Shown here piece by piece: positions 37,393 through 46,371 of a stretch of DNA of 64,000 nucleotides (position 1 is the stretch's first letter; each line of letters starts with the position of its first letter). The stretch covers positions 2,476 to 66,475 of the forward strand of contig JAUQPG010000004.1 in NCBI GenBank assembly GCA_030550495.1, given 5' to 3'. The stretch is from Candidatus Bipolaricaulota bacterium (lineage in GTDB: Bacteria; Bipolaricaulota; Bipolaricaulia; RBG-16-55-9; DRXL01). The position numbers and the translations under genes were made by a program. Under the pieces are notes generated by a model. That model saw only the letters and a list, made by a program, of their open reading frames with translations. It was not told the origin of the DNA and did no database searches.

Positions 37393-37818
37393 ATGTTCGA
37401 GCGCATCTTTGGCGGGTTCAGTCACTGGGCGACGATCCCATTGCGGGTAGCTATTGGGATTATCTTTGCCGCCCACGGTTGGCAGAAGTTTGCCAACGGG
37501 CTTGACGGTGTGGCCCAATTCTTCGGAAGTGTGGGGATTCCCTTGCCGCAGGTTTCGGCGTTCGTCGTTGCTTTCGTAGAGCTGGTGGGGGGGATCGGCC
37601 TGATCTTAGGGTTTTTTACGCGCTATTGGGCGCTTCTGCTCTCTATAGTGATGATCGTAGCGATCTTCACAGTGAAGCTCCAAGGGGGGTTGCTTGGAGC
37701 GGGAGGGCGCCCCGGGTATGAGCTCGACCTAGCTCTTCTAGCTGGCTGCCTTGCACTTTTGCTCACTGGCCCAGGACCGATCTCGCTGGAGCGGGTGATC
37801 TTCAGCCGCGAGTTGTAG
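37393..37818 (+). CDS. DoxX-family membrane protein
   Basis: 141 aa with 4 TM helices (RVAIGIIFAAHGWQKF...). GGAGGTGG RBS. Confidence 0.85.
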   Translation: MFERIFGGFSHWATIPLRVAIGIIFAAHGWQKFANGLDGVAQFFGSVGIPLPQVSAFVVAFVELVGGIGLILGFFTRYWALLLSIVMIVAIFTVKLQGGLLGAGGRPGYELDLALLAGCLALLLTGPGPISLERVIFSREL

Positions 37819-37946
37819 TCACCTAATTTTCACGATCTCTGTATGTACTTGGAACGAAGTCCTCGGTATGATGGCAGCGATCTTCTAGACATATACAGAA
37901 CCTCCTTGCGGGAGCTAGGGGAAGAGGGAGGCCGACCACAAGAGCG

Positions 37947-37980
37947 CCGAGCCCTGAAGCCCAGGGCTCGGATTATTCTT
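37947..37980 (+). terminator. Rho-independent terminator after doxX
   Basis: CCGAGCCCTG-aagc-CAGGGCTCGG followed by ATTATTCTT. Confidence 0.5.
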
Positions 37981-37984
37981 AGCT

Positions 37985-38497
37985 ATGAGCGCCCAACGCA
38001 TACTGGTGACGCATCTGCAGCAGCAATGTGAGGCGGCTTATCAGGGAAGCCCGTGGCATTCCCTCAAAGGGGCGATCAAGGGCATAAAACCTGACGAAGC
38101 GACGTGGCAGCCGCCGCGCTACAAAGGGTTCCCCTGGGCGCACGGCTCTATTGTAGAGATTCTCTTTCACGTTGCCGGGGATACGCTCTATCAGCTCGAC
38201 TATGCGTTTGGGCAGCGCTCGCTCACCTGGGAAGAGCTGCAAGAGCGCTTCCGACGCGCTGGAGGCGATCTGGAAGCGGCAAGAAAGCTCCTCGACGAGA
38301 GTTTTTCAGCTTTGCAGCAACATTTGAAGACCCTGACCGATGCTGATTTGGCTCGCACCTATATCGTCCCTGATGGGAAGACCCAGAAAACCCTCGGAGA
38401 ACTCTTTCAGATGCTCTTAGAGCACTATCTCTATCACGCGGGGCAGATCGTCTATGTTCGGTGCCTGTGGGCCGGATTAGCAACCTCAGAGCCTTGA
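37985..38497 (+). CDS. DinB/YfiT-like (DinB_2) four-helix-bundle metalloenzyme family protein
   Basis: 170 aa: ...WAHGSIVEILFHVAGDTLY...LLEHYLYHAGQI. Confidence 0.75.
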   Translation: MSAQRILVTHLQQQCEAAYQGSPWHSLKGAIKGIKPDEATWQPPRYKGFPWAHGSIVEILFHVAGDTLYQLDYAFGQRSLTWEELQERFRRAGGDLEAARKLLDESFSALQQHLKTLTDADLARTYIVPDGKTQKTLGELFQMLLEHYLYHAGQIVYVRCLWAGLATSEP

Positions 38498-38554
38498 TAC
38501 AGATCATGGTGCTCCTCTGCCCGCATGCTTTAAGATTGTAGGGGTGAGCATGGT

Positions 38555-40447
38555 ATGTCTGCCTATGAGCAAGCCTTTCGTGAATCTCTGGAAGACCCTG
38601 AGGGTTTTTGGGGCAGAGCTGCTGAGGCGATCACGTGGTATAAGCGCTGGGATTGCGTGCTTGACCGATCTAATCCCCCGTTTTACAGATGGTTCACTGG
38701 GGGCGTGCTCAATACGTGCTATAACGCTGTAGATCGCCATATTGAGCGCGGCCGGGGCGATCAGCTCGCGCTCATCTACGATAGCCCTGTGACCGATACG
38801 ATCCAGAAGTTCACTTATTCTGAGCTGTGTGACCGTGTGGCGAAGATCGCGGGCTTTTTACGAGAGCTTGGCGTCCAGAAGGGCGACACGGTTGTCATCT
38901 ACATGCCGATGATCCCCGAAGCGCTCATGGCCATGTTAGCGTGTGCGCGCCTTGGAGCTATTCACTCCGTCGTCTTTGGTGGATTTGCTCCCAGAGAGCT
39001 AGCGATTCGTATAGATGACGCCAAGCCCAAGATCGTGCTCTCGGCTTCCTGTGGGATCGAAGTCAAGAAGATTATCCCGTACAAGCCCTTGCTGGACGAG
39101 GCGATCGCGATGGCAGCCCATAAGCCCCAAACGTGTGTGATCTATCAGCGCCCGCAAGTTCGCGCCGAGCTCATTGAGGGGCGCGATCTCGACTGGGCTT
39201 CGTTAGAGCAAAAAGCTCAGCCTGCTGAATGTGTTCCCGTCGCTGCAACTGACCCGTTATATATTCTCTACACCTCAGGGACGACCGGAAAACCCAAGGG
39301 CGTGGTGCGCGACAACGGCGGCCATGCGGTCGCGCTCTCTTGGAGCATGAAATATATCTATGGGATTGAGCCAGGGGATGTCTATTGGGCGGCCTCGGAC
39401 GTGGGCTGGGTCGTAGGGCATTCGTATATTGTCTATGGCCCATTATTGGTGGGCGCAACGACCGTGATGTACGAGGGCAAGCCCGTCGGAACCCCTGATC
39501 CCGGTGCGTTCTGGCGCGTCATATCCCAGCACAAAGTCAAAGTGCTCTTTACGGCCCCCACGGCATTCCGCGCGATCAAGCGCGAAGACCCCACAGGAGA
39601 ATATCTGAAAAAATACGATCTCTCGCACTTCCAGGCGCTCTTTCTTGCTGGGGAGCGCACCGATCCGGATACGTATTACTGGGCTTCTGAGCTCTTGAAG
39701 AAGCCCGTTATAGATCACTGGTGGCAGACGGAGACGGGCTGGGCTATTGCAGGGAACTTCTGCGGGCTGGAACTGTTGCCTATTAAGGCCGGCTCAGCGA
39801 CGAAGCCCATGCCCGGCTATGACGTGCGCATCCTCGACCCCAGCACCGGCAAAGAACTGCCGCGGGGACAGAGTGGCGTCATCGTTGTGAAGGAACCCTT
39901 ACCGCCAGGGACGTTTATGACCCTCTGGCAGCGTGATGACGATTTCAAGAAGACGTACTTCGATCCCTTCCCTGGGTATTACTTCACCGGCGATGGCGGG
40001 TACTTCGACGAGGATGGCTATATATACGTGATGGGCCGTGTAGACGATATTATTAACGTTGCCGGGCACCGGCTCTCTACAGGCGAGATGGAAGAGATTG
40101 TCGCGCAGCACCCAGACGTTGCCGAGTGTGCAGTCATTGGCGTTGCGGACAGCCTCAAGGGAGAGATGCCGTTGGGGTTTGTTGTGCTCAAGGCTGGAGT
40201 GCGCCGAGATCACAGTGAGATCGTCTCTGAGATCAAGCAGATGGTGCGCACGCAGATCGGCGCGATTGCGTCATTGAAAGACGTGCTCATCGTCACCAGA
40301 TTGCCCAAGACGCGCAGCGGCAAGATCCTCCGAGGCACGATGCGCAAGATCGCTGATGGGCAGCCCTATACCGTGCCTTCGACTATCGATGACCCTGTAA
40401 CCTTACAGGAGATCGAGAGCGCGTTGCGTCACGCAAATCTCAAATAA
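38555..40447 (+). CDS. Acyl-CoA synthetase of the acetyl/propionyl-CoA synthetase family
   Basis: 630 aa: YTSGTTGKPKGV AMP-binding motif, WWQTETG, and a C-terminal RSGKILR lysine motif. Confidence 0.9.
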   Translation: MSAYEQAFRESLEDPEGFWGRAAEAITWYKRWDCVLDRSNPPFYRWFTGGVLNTCYNAVDRHIERGRGDQLALIYDSPVTDTIQKFTYSELCDRVAKIAGFLRELGVQKGDTVVIYMPMIPEALMAMLACARLGAIHSVVFGGFAPRELAIRIDDAKPKIVLSASCGIEVKKIIPYKPLLDEAIAMAAHKPQTCVIYQRPQVRAELIEGRDLDWASLEQKAQPAECVPVAATDPLYILYTSGTTGKPKGVVRDNGGHAVALSWSMKYIYGIEPGDVYWAASDVGWVVGHSYIVYGPLLVGATTVMYEGKPVGTPDPGAFWRVISQHKVKVLFTAPTAFRAIKREDPTGEYLKKYDLSHFQALFLAGERTDPDTYYWASELLKKPVIDHWWQTETGWAIAGNFCGLELLPIKAGSATKPMPGYDVRILDPSTGKELPRGQSGVIVVKEPLPPGTFMTLWQRDDDFKKTYFDPFPGYYFTGDGGYFDEDGYIYVMGRVDDIINVAGHRLSTGEMEEIVAQHPDVAECAVIGVADSLKGEMPLGFVVLKAGVRRDHSEIVSEIKQMVRTQIGAIASLKDVLIVTRLPKTRSGKILRGTMRKIADGQPYTVPSTIDDPVTLQEIESALRHANLK

Positions 40448-40453
40448 ATAGAT

Positions 40454-40528
40454 TGGCTCCTCGGGCAGGATTCGAACCTGCGACCCACCGGTTAACAGCC
40501 GGTTGCTCTACCGCTGAGCTACCGAGGA
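40454..40528 (-). tRNA. tRNA-Asn (anticodon GTT) with encoded CCA
   Basis: Minus-strand sense TCCTCGGTAGCTCAGCGGTAGAGCAACCGGCTGTTAACCGGTGGGTCGCAGGTTCGAATCCTGCCCGAGGAGCCA. Cloverleaf with 7-bp acceptor stem and GTT anticodon in the CTGTTAA loop. Confidence 0.9.
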
Positions 40529-40597
40529 ATCCGCTATATTATAGCAGGTAAGACCCGGGCAAGTCAACTATGGCACAATGATCATGAAGAAAAATAG

Positions 40598-40718
40598 ACC
40601 CAGGCAGCGCCCTACTCTTGCGGGCCCTCACGAGCCCACTACCATCGGCGCAGGCGGGCTTAACGGCCGTGTTCGGGATGGGAACGGGTGTTTCCCCGCC
40701 GCTAGTGAGCCACCTGGA
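40598..40718 (-). rRNA. rrf: 5S rRNA
   Basis: Sense contains ...CCCGAACACGGCCGTTAAGCCCGCCTGCGCCGATGGTAGTGGG...GAGAGTAGGGCGCTGCCTGG. Ends are approximate. Confidence 0.85.
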
Positions 40719-41177
40719 ATCTCTCGATCCCTCAAAAGTGAATAGAGTGCGTCGCGCAAACGACGGAGCGATTAGGACCGCTCGGCTGAGCAGATTGCTC
40801 TGCGTACACCTGCGGCCTATCAACCTGGTGTTCTCCCAGGGCTCTCAGAGGCCTCATCTTGGGGTGGGCTTCGCGCTTAGATGCCTTCAGCGCTTATCCC
40901 GTCCGGACCTAGCTACCCAGCGGTGCCCTTGGCAGGACAGCTGGTACACCAGCGGTCCAGCCCTCCCGGTCCTCTCGTACTAGGGAGAGCGCCCCTCAAG
41001 CCTCTTGCGCTCGCGGCGGATATGGACCGACCTGTCTTGCGACGGTCTGAACCCAGCTCACGTAACTCTTTAACCGGCGAACAGACGGACCCTTGGGACC
41101 TGCTTCAGCCCCAGGATGAGTTGAGCCGACATCGAGGTGCCGAACACCGCCGTCGATGTGTACTCTCGGGCGGTACT

Positions 41178-41208
<31 letters not shown>

Positions 41209-41673
41209 ATGATCGATGGCCCTTCCACGCAGAGCCACCGGGTCACTTGGGCCTGCTTTCGCACCTGTTCCCCCTGTCGGGGTCACAGTCAAGCCGGCTT
41301 GTGCCCATGCACTCCCCGCCGGATCGCCAACCCGGCTGAGCCGACCTTTGCGCGCCTCCGTTACTCTTTAGGAGGCAACCACCCCAGTTAAACTGTCCGC
41401 CTAGCACGGTCCCGCGACCGCTGTACGGCCGTCGGTTAGAGCCGCAACGGGCGAAGGGTGGTATTTCAAGGACGCCTCCATCCCCGCTAGCGCGGAGACT
41501 TCTCCGGCTCCCACCTATCCTACACAACACCCGTCGAGACCCAATGCCAAGCTCCAGTAAAGCTCCACGGGGTCTTTCCGTCCTGCCGCGAGTCACCGGC
41601 GTTTTCACCGGTGCTTCAATTTCACCGAGCCCATGGTCAAGACAGCGCTGGAGTGGTTATACCATTCATGCGC

Positions 41674-41717
<44 letters not shown>

Positions 41718-42459
41718 TGTCTCTGTTGCACACTGCCGAAGCAGGTGCGGCTCTTACGAGCCCTCCGTATCGCTACGGAGACCGGACCATATCATCACCC
41801 TTTTGGGGCGCCCGACGTATGGTCTCTGAGGATTCCTCGAGCCGTGCCATGATCTCTTCATCGCTATAGCGACGGTTACCACCGTCGTTCATATCGCGAC
41901 GAATTTCTAAAATGCGCGTGATTCCCTCTTGGTGAAGGTGCGCTCCCTGCTGTATGAGCTCCGCGATCTGGCAGAATTTTGAGAAGTCCCGCTTCTTCTT
42001 CGCCGAGAGAAACTTGAATCTCTTGAAGAACGGGATGACATTCTGCAAGATCGCGTTGAGGTTATTGACTTCGTAGTACCAGACGCCATCCTGGCGCTGG
42101 CGCATCGTGCCGCATCCCAAATAGCGCTTAAAGAGCGCTAAGATGACGCGGTCGCGCTGCGAAATGTTAAAGCACAGGGAGATCTTCCACGGAATGTGGT
42201 AATCTTTGCGCGGTCTGAAGACGACGTTGAAGCTTCCCTCGCCGTCAGCAAACCCAGCAAGATACCACCCGATGTGAGGAGGGACTTTTCTGACTGCCCT
42301 CATAGTGCCTCCTCTCTAGGCACGGCCAAGGCCTTTCCTGCGGATTGTCCGCACCGGTCGGATTGTTACTGCTCTTTGGGGGAGAGCGAGTACCGCCGGA
42401 TACCCCGGACTTTCCCGCATATAGTCGGGTTTATTTACGTAACTACAACGGTCAGAGTT
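41718..42459 (-). mobile_element. Group-I-like intron in 23S rRNA at the L1917 site, carrying a homing-endonuclease ORF
   Basis: Exon sequence CGUAACUAU|...|AACGGUCCUAAGG is contiguous only after removing about 742 nt. The intron IGS GUUGUAGUUACG pairs with exon CGUAACUAU plus intron AAC, with a U.G wobble at the splice site. A GGCUC-GUAA-GAGCC P9-like hairpin follows the ORF. Boundaries are ±3 nt because AAC repeats at both junctions. Confidence 0.6.
41773..42303 (-). CDS. Single-motif LAGLIDADG homing endonuclease (intron-encoded)
   Basis: 176 aa: ...IGWYLAGFADGEGSFNV.... GAGAGGAGG RBS precedes the ATG. Located entirely within the 23S intron. Confidence 0.85.
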   Translation of the reverse strand: MRAVRKVPPHIGWYLAGFADGEGSFNVVFRPRKDYHIPWKISLCFNISQRDRVILALFKRYLGCGTMRQRQDGVWYYEVNNLNAILQNVIPFFKRFKFLSAKKKRDFSKFCQIAELIQQGAHLHQEGITRILEIRRDMNDGGNRRYSDEEIMARLEESSETIRRAPQKGDDMVRSP

Positions 42460-43887
42460 ATAGTTACGGCCGGCCTTCGCTGGGGCTTCAGTTTGGGGCT
42501 TGCACCCCTCCCCTTGACCTTCCAGCAGTGGCCAGGTCTCACACCCTATACGTCCTCTTTCGAGTTAGCAGGGTGCTGTGTTTTTGATAAACAGTCCCCC
42601 CAGCCTGCTCTCTGCGACCCCCTCGGACCTTGCGGCCCTACGCGGGGCCTCCCTTCTTGCGAACGTACGGGAGCATTTTGCCGAGTTCCTTGACCATGGT
42701 TCTCTCGCCCACCTGAGCATCCTCTGCCCGCCTACCTGTGTCGGATTGCGGTACGGGCTCTCTGCGGCTCCCTAGAGGATTTTCTCGGCACCTGATCGCT
42801 CTTCCTTCGGTCCCGTAGGACCTCCGCCGCGGCTCGACTTGACCTGGCTGCGGATTTGCCTACAGCCAGACGCCTCGCCTTAGGCACGGGCACATCCGTC
42901 CGCCCGCTGAAGCGACCTGATGCGTCCCCCCTTGGTCAGCGCCGCAGAGAGGGGCCGGAATATTAACCGGCTCTCCATCGCCTACCCCTTGCGGGTTGAG
43001 CTTAGGGCCGCCTAACCCTGGGTGGATGAGCCTTCCCCAGGAACCCTTAGGCATTCGGTGGGTGAGGTTCTCACTCACCTCGCGCTACTCATTCCTGCAT
43101 TCTCTCTTCCGCTTCGTCCGCCGTGGCTTCCGCCACGACTTCAGCCTAAAGCGGAATGCTCCTCTACCGTAGCTCCAGGGCGCACCATGGAGCTCTCCCG
43201 TGGCTTCGGCGCCGAGCTTGACTCCCGCTGAATCTTGGGCGCATTCCCGCTCGACTGGTGAGCTATTACGCACTCTTTAAAGGATGGCTGCTTCTAAGCC
43301 AACCTCCCAGCTGTCTGGGCGGGAACACATCCTTCCTGACTTAGCTCGGGCTTTGGGGCCTTAGCCGACGATCTGGGCCGTTTCCCTCTCGACGACGGAG
43401 GTTATCCCCCGCCGTCTGACTCCCGGCCGATGCGCCGTGGTATTCGGAGTTTGGTTGGAATTGGGTTGCCCCGCATCCATCCAGTGGCTCTACCCCCACG
43501 GCTTAACGGCCGAGGCTAGTCCTAAAACTATTTCGAGGAGAACAAGCTATCACCGAGGCCCGTCTGGCTTTTCACCGCTACCCACAGCTCATCCCAGAAC
43601 TATTCCACGTTCACGGGTTCGGCCCTCCACCGAGTGTTACCTCGGTTTCAGCCTGGCCATGGGTAGATCGCTCGGCTTCGTGCCTACCGCACGTGACTTG
43701 TCGCCCTATTCGGACTCGCTTTCGCTACGGCTGCGCCCCACCGACGAGGCTTAGCCTGGCCACGCACGGTAGCTCGCAGGATCATACTGCAAAAGGCATG
43801 CCGTCAGGCCGCCGGCTCTGCCGTTGGGCATCTTGCGATGCCCAGGGCAAAGGGTCGGCGGGACCCTCCGACTGTCTGTGAGCGGAT

Positions 43888-43939
<52 letters not shown>

Positions 43940-44603
43940 GCGGTACTGGTCCACTATCGGTCAGCTGGTAGTATTTAGCCTTGGAAGGTGGTCCTCCCAG
44001 CTTCACGCCGTAACACGGGTACGACGCTACTTAGGCACGGCCCCAGAGGGACTGACCCTTTCGCCTACGGGACTATCACCCTCTCTGGTCGCTCTTTCCA
44101 GTGGCTTTACTAGCTGTTCGGCTAGAGCCAATCTTTGTGACCTCTGCCACGGGCTGCCCCCCGTGGATGGGCCGGCCTGCAACCCCGCGCACACAACGAG
44201 GGCAGTCTTCTACGTGTGCACGGTTTAGGCTCTTCCGCGTTCGCTCGCCGCTACTGACGGAATCTCCAAAGCCATCTTCGCTACGCTCGAGAGAGCGCAG
44301 GGAAGATAGCTTTGTCTCTTTTGATTTCTCTTCCTCCGGGTACTGAGATGCTTCACTTCCCCGGGTTCGCCTCCCTCCCCTATGGATTCAGGGAGGGATA
44401 CCGCACCTTCCGTGCGGTGGGTTTACCCCATTCGGGAATCCACGGATCAACGCCTGCTCGACGGCTCCCCGTGGCTTATCGCAGTCTGCCACGCCCTTCA
44501 TCGCCTCCAGCTGCCGAGGCATCCACCATCCGCCCGTACTGAGCTTGCGCGACGTGATGCACTCTATTCACTTTTCAAGGATCGAGAGCGTGAGGCAGGC
44601 TGT

Positions 44604-44632
44604 ATTATAGCACGGGAGGGGGAGCTTGTCAA
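44604..44632 (-). promoter_or_regulatory. Consensus sigma70 promoter for the 23S-5S-tRNA-Asn transcript
   Basis: Minus-strand sense CTTGACA-agctccccctcccgtgc-TATAAT: perfect -35 and -10 hexamers with a 17-nt spacer, about 50 nt upstream of the 23S processing stem. Confidence 0.6.
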
Positions 44633-44661
44633 GGCGGGCGGAGGAGGCGCTTTTTCTGCGT

Positions 44662-45015
44662 TTAGCCGGAGATAGGATCAAGGCGCACCGGGGCGTCTCC
44701 CCACAGCCCTTCTAGGTCATAGAAGCGGCGCAGCTCCTTCTGAAAGATATGTACAATAAAATCCCCGTAATCTAAGACGATCCAATTCTTCGATTCCCAC
44801 CCCTCGGAGCGCAGCACTTCACGGGGAAGCTTTGCTAAGATATTATCAGCAATAGCCTTGACGTGCTTGGGATTGTCCCCGTGAGTAATAACAAAGAAAT
44901 CTGTGGGGATAGAGAACCCGCGCATATCGAGAATGACGGGCTCTTCGCCCTTCTTCTCGGCGATGAGCGCTAGGAGCTCGCGGAGAGTCTCTTCTATAGG
45001 AGCTGAAAGCTTCAT
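44662..45015 (-). CDS. rsfS: Ribosomal silencing factor RsfS (Iojap family)
   Basis: 117 aa: ...DFFVITHGDNPKHVKAIADNI...WIVLDYGDFIVHIF. Confidence 0.9.
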   Translation of the reverse strand: MKLSAPIEETLRELLALIAEKKGEEPVILDMRGFSIPTDFFVITHGDNPKHVKAIADNILAKLPREVLRSEGWESKNWIVLDYGDFIVHIFQKELRRFYDLEGLWGDAPVRLDPISG

Positions 45016-46226
45016 TCTGGGATTTTGAAGTCCTGGCCCAAGATGATGATCGCATCGGCACCGTCGCCGGTGACCCCCTTGGCTGCTAACCCCTTCATCG
45101 TAGCAGAGAGTTCTTCAGGTTTGACAACTTTGAGCAAGCTGCGCAGGCTGCGCTCCCGCAGGAGCTCGATCTTCTTGGGATTGCCCGTAATGTCTATAAT
45201 ATAGCTCTGAGTATAATCAAATCGATCGGCGTTCCCCACATGGACCACGGAGAACCCCTCATTGCGCAGGAGTTCGCTGACACGTCGGGCCAACCCCGTC
45301 ACCCCAGCGCCGTTGAGCACCTTGATGCGCACCTCGTCAGCGGTGACGATATCCATCCCCCGGAGCATCTTATTGACGAGCTGGGCTGTGCGCACCGGAT
45401 CGGGCTCGATATAGCAGCCTCCTTCTTTGGCAGATTTACAGACGGACTCCCCAGGGATCTGTTTAATTTGCACGTGCTCAGGGCGCAGATTCTGCAATCG
45501 CTGAGCTATGCGATAGAGCAAGACCGGTGCAAGGTTCGTCTCGATATATCGTTGAGCTGTCGTCACAAATTGCTGGAGGTCATGGAGGGATTGAGTGGGA
45601 GCCCTCTGGCGCAGCAGGGCTTCGAGAAGCTGTCTCTGGCGCTGCAGCCGCCCCAAATCCCCCGTAACGGGGTCGCGATAGCGCACGTACGCTAGAGCCA
45701 TCTTCCCGTTGAACTTCTGCGTGCCTGCCGGGATGTCAATGGGGGGCTTGGTCTTCTCGTCTTTGAGGGGTTTCTCCACTGTCAGGGTCACTCCCCCTGC
45801 AAGATCGATGAGCTTCTCGAACCCGTCGTAATCTATAACGATATAGTGTTTGATCTCGACGCCTAGAAAGTTGGAGATGACTGTGCGGGCGAGCTCAGCC
45901 CCGCCAAACGCATATGCCGCATTGACTTTCTCGACGCGTCCATCAGGGAACTTCACATGGGTATCGCGGGGGATGGAGAGGACGCGCACCTCTCCTTCAC
46001 CGATGCTGGCTACAAAGATCGTATCGCTGCGGCGCGCTGTCGCCCCGGGTACGTAATCTACTCCTAGGATTAAGATATGGACGCGCTCAGCCAGTGGAGA
46101 AGACTCGACGCGGCTCTTGTACCACCAATATCCCGTCGCGCTCACCGCGATTGATATACCAAGAAGGAATGCGATGCTCAGGGCGCGACGGCGTTGTTCG
46201 TTCTGTCTTCGTCGGATCACATTCAC
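45012..46226 (-). CDS. LytR-CpsA-Psr (LCP) family cell-envelope phosphotransferase
   Basis: N-terminal TM helix, then an LCP domain (ILILGVDY...RSDTIFVASI...RVLSIPRDT) and a C-terminal LytR_C-like region. Confidence 0.85.
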   Translation of the reverse strand: MNVIRRRQNEQRRRALSIAFLLGISIAVSATGYWWYKSRVESSPLAERVHILILGVDYVPGATARRSDTIFVASIGEGEVRVLSIPRDTHVKFPDGRVEKVNAAYAFGGAELARTVISNFLGVEIKHYIVIDYDGFEKLIDLAGGVTLTVEKPLKDEKTKPPIDIPAGTQKFNGKMALAYVRYRDPVTGDLGRLQRQRQLLEALLRQRAPTQSLHDLQQFVTTAQRYIETNLAPVLLYRIAQRLQNLRPEHVQIKQIPGESVCKSAKEGGCYIEPDPVRTAQLVNKMLRGMDIVTADEVRIKVLNGAGVTGLARRVSELLRNEGFSVVHVGNADRFDYTQSYIIDITGNPKKIELLRERSLRSLLKVVKPEELSATMKGLAAKGVTGDGADAIIILGQDFKIPE

Positions 46227-46371
46227 CTCAGCGGCCTAAGGGTAGCGCAAGTCACGTTCAAAGTCAACCCCTCTACGCAGAAGTTTGTCCCGCTGCTGCG
46301 AGGAACTTCGTCCCCATCTTGCATCCATGACCCTCTCTATTCTGCTATAATAACTCAGGAGGTGACAGGAG

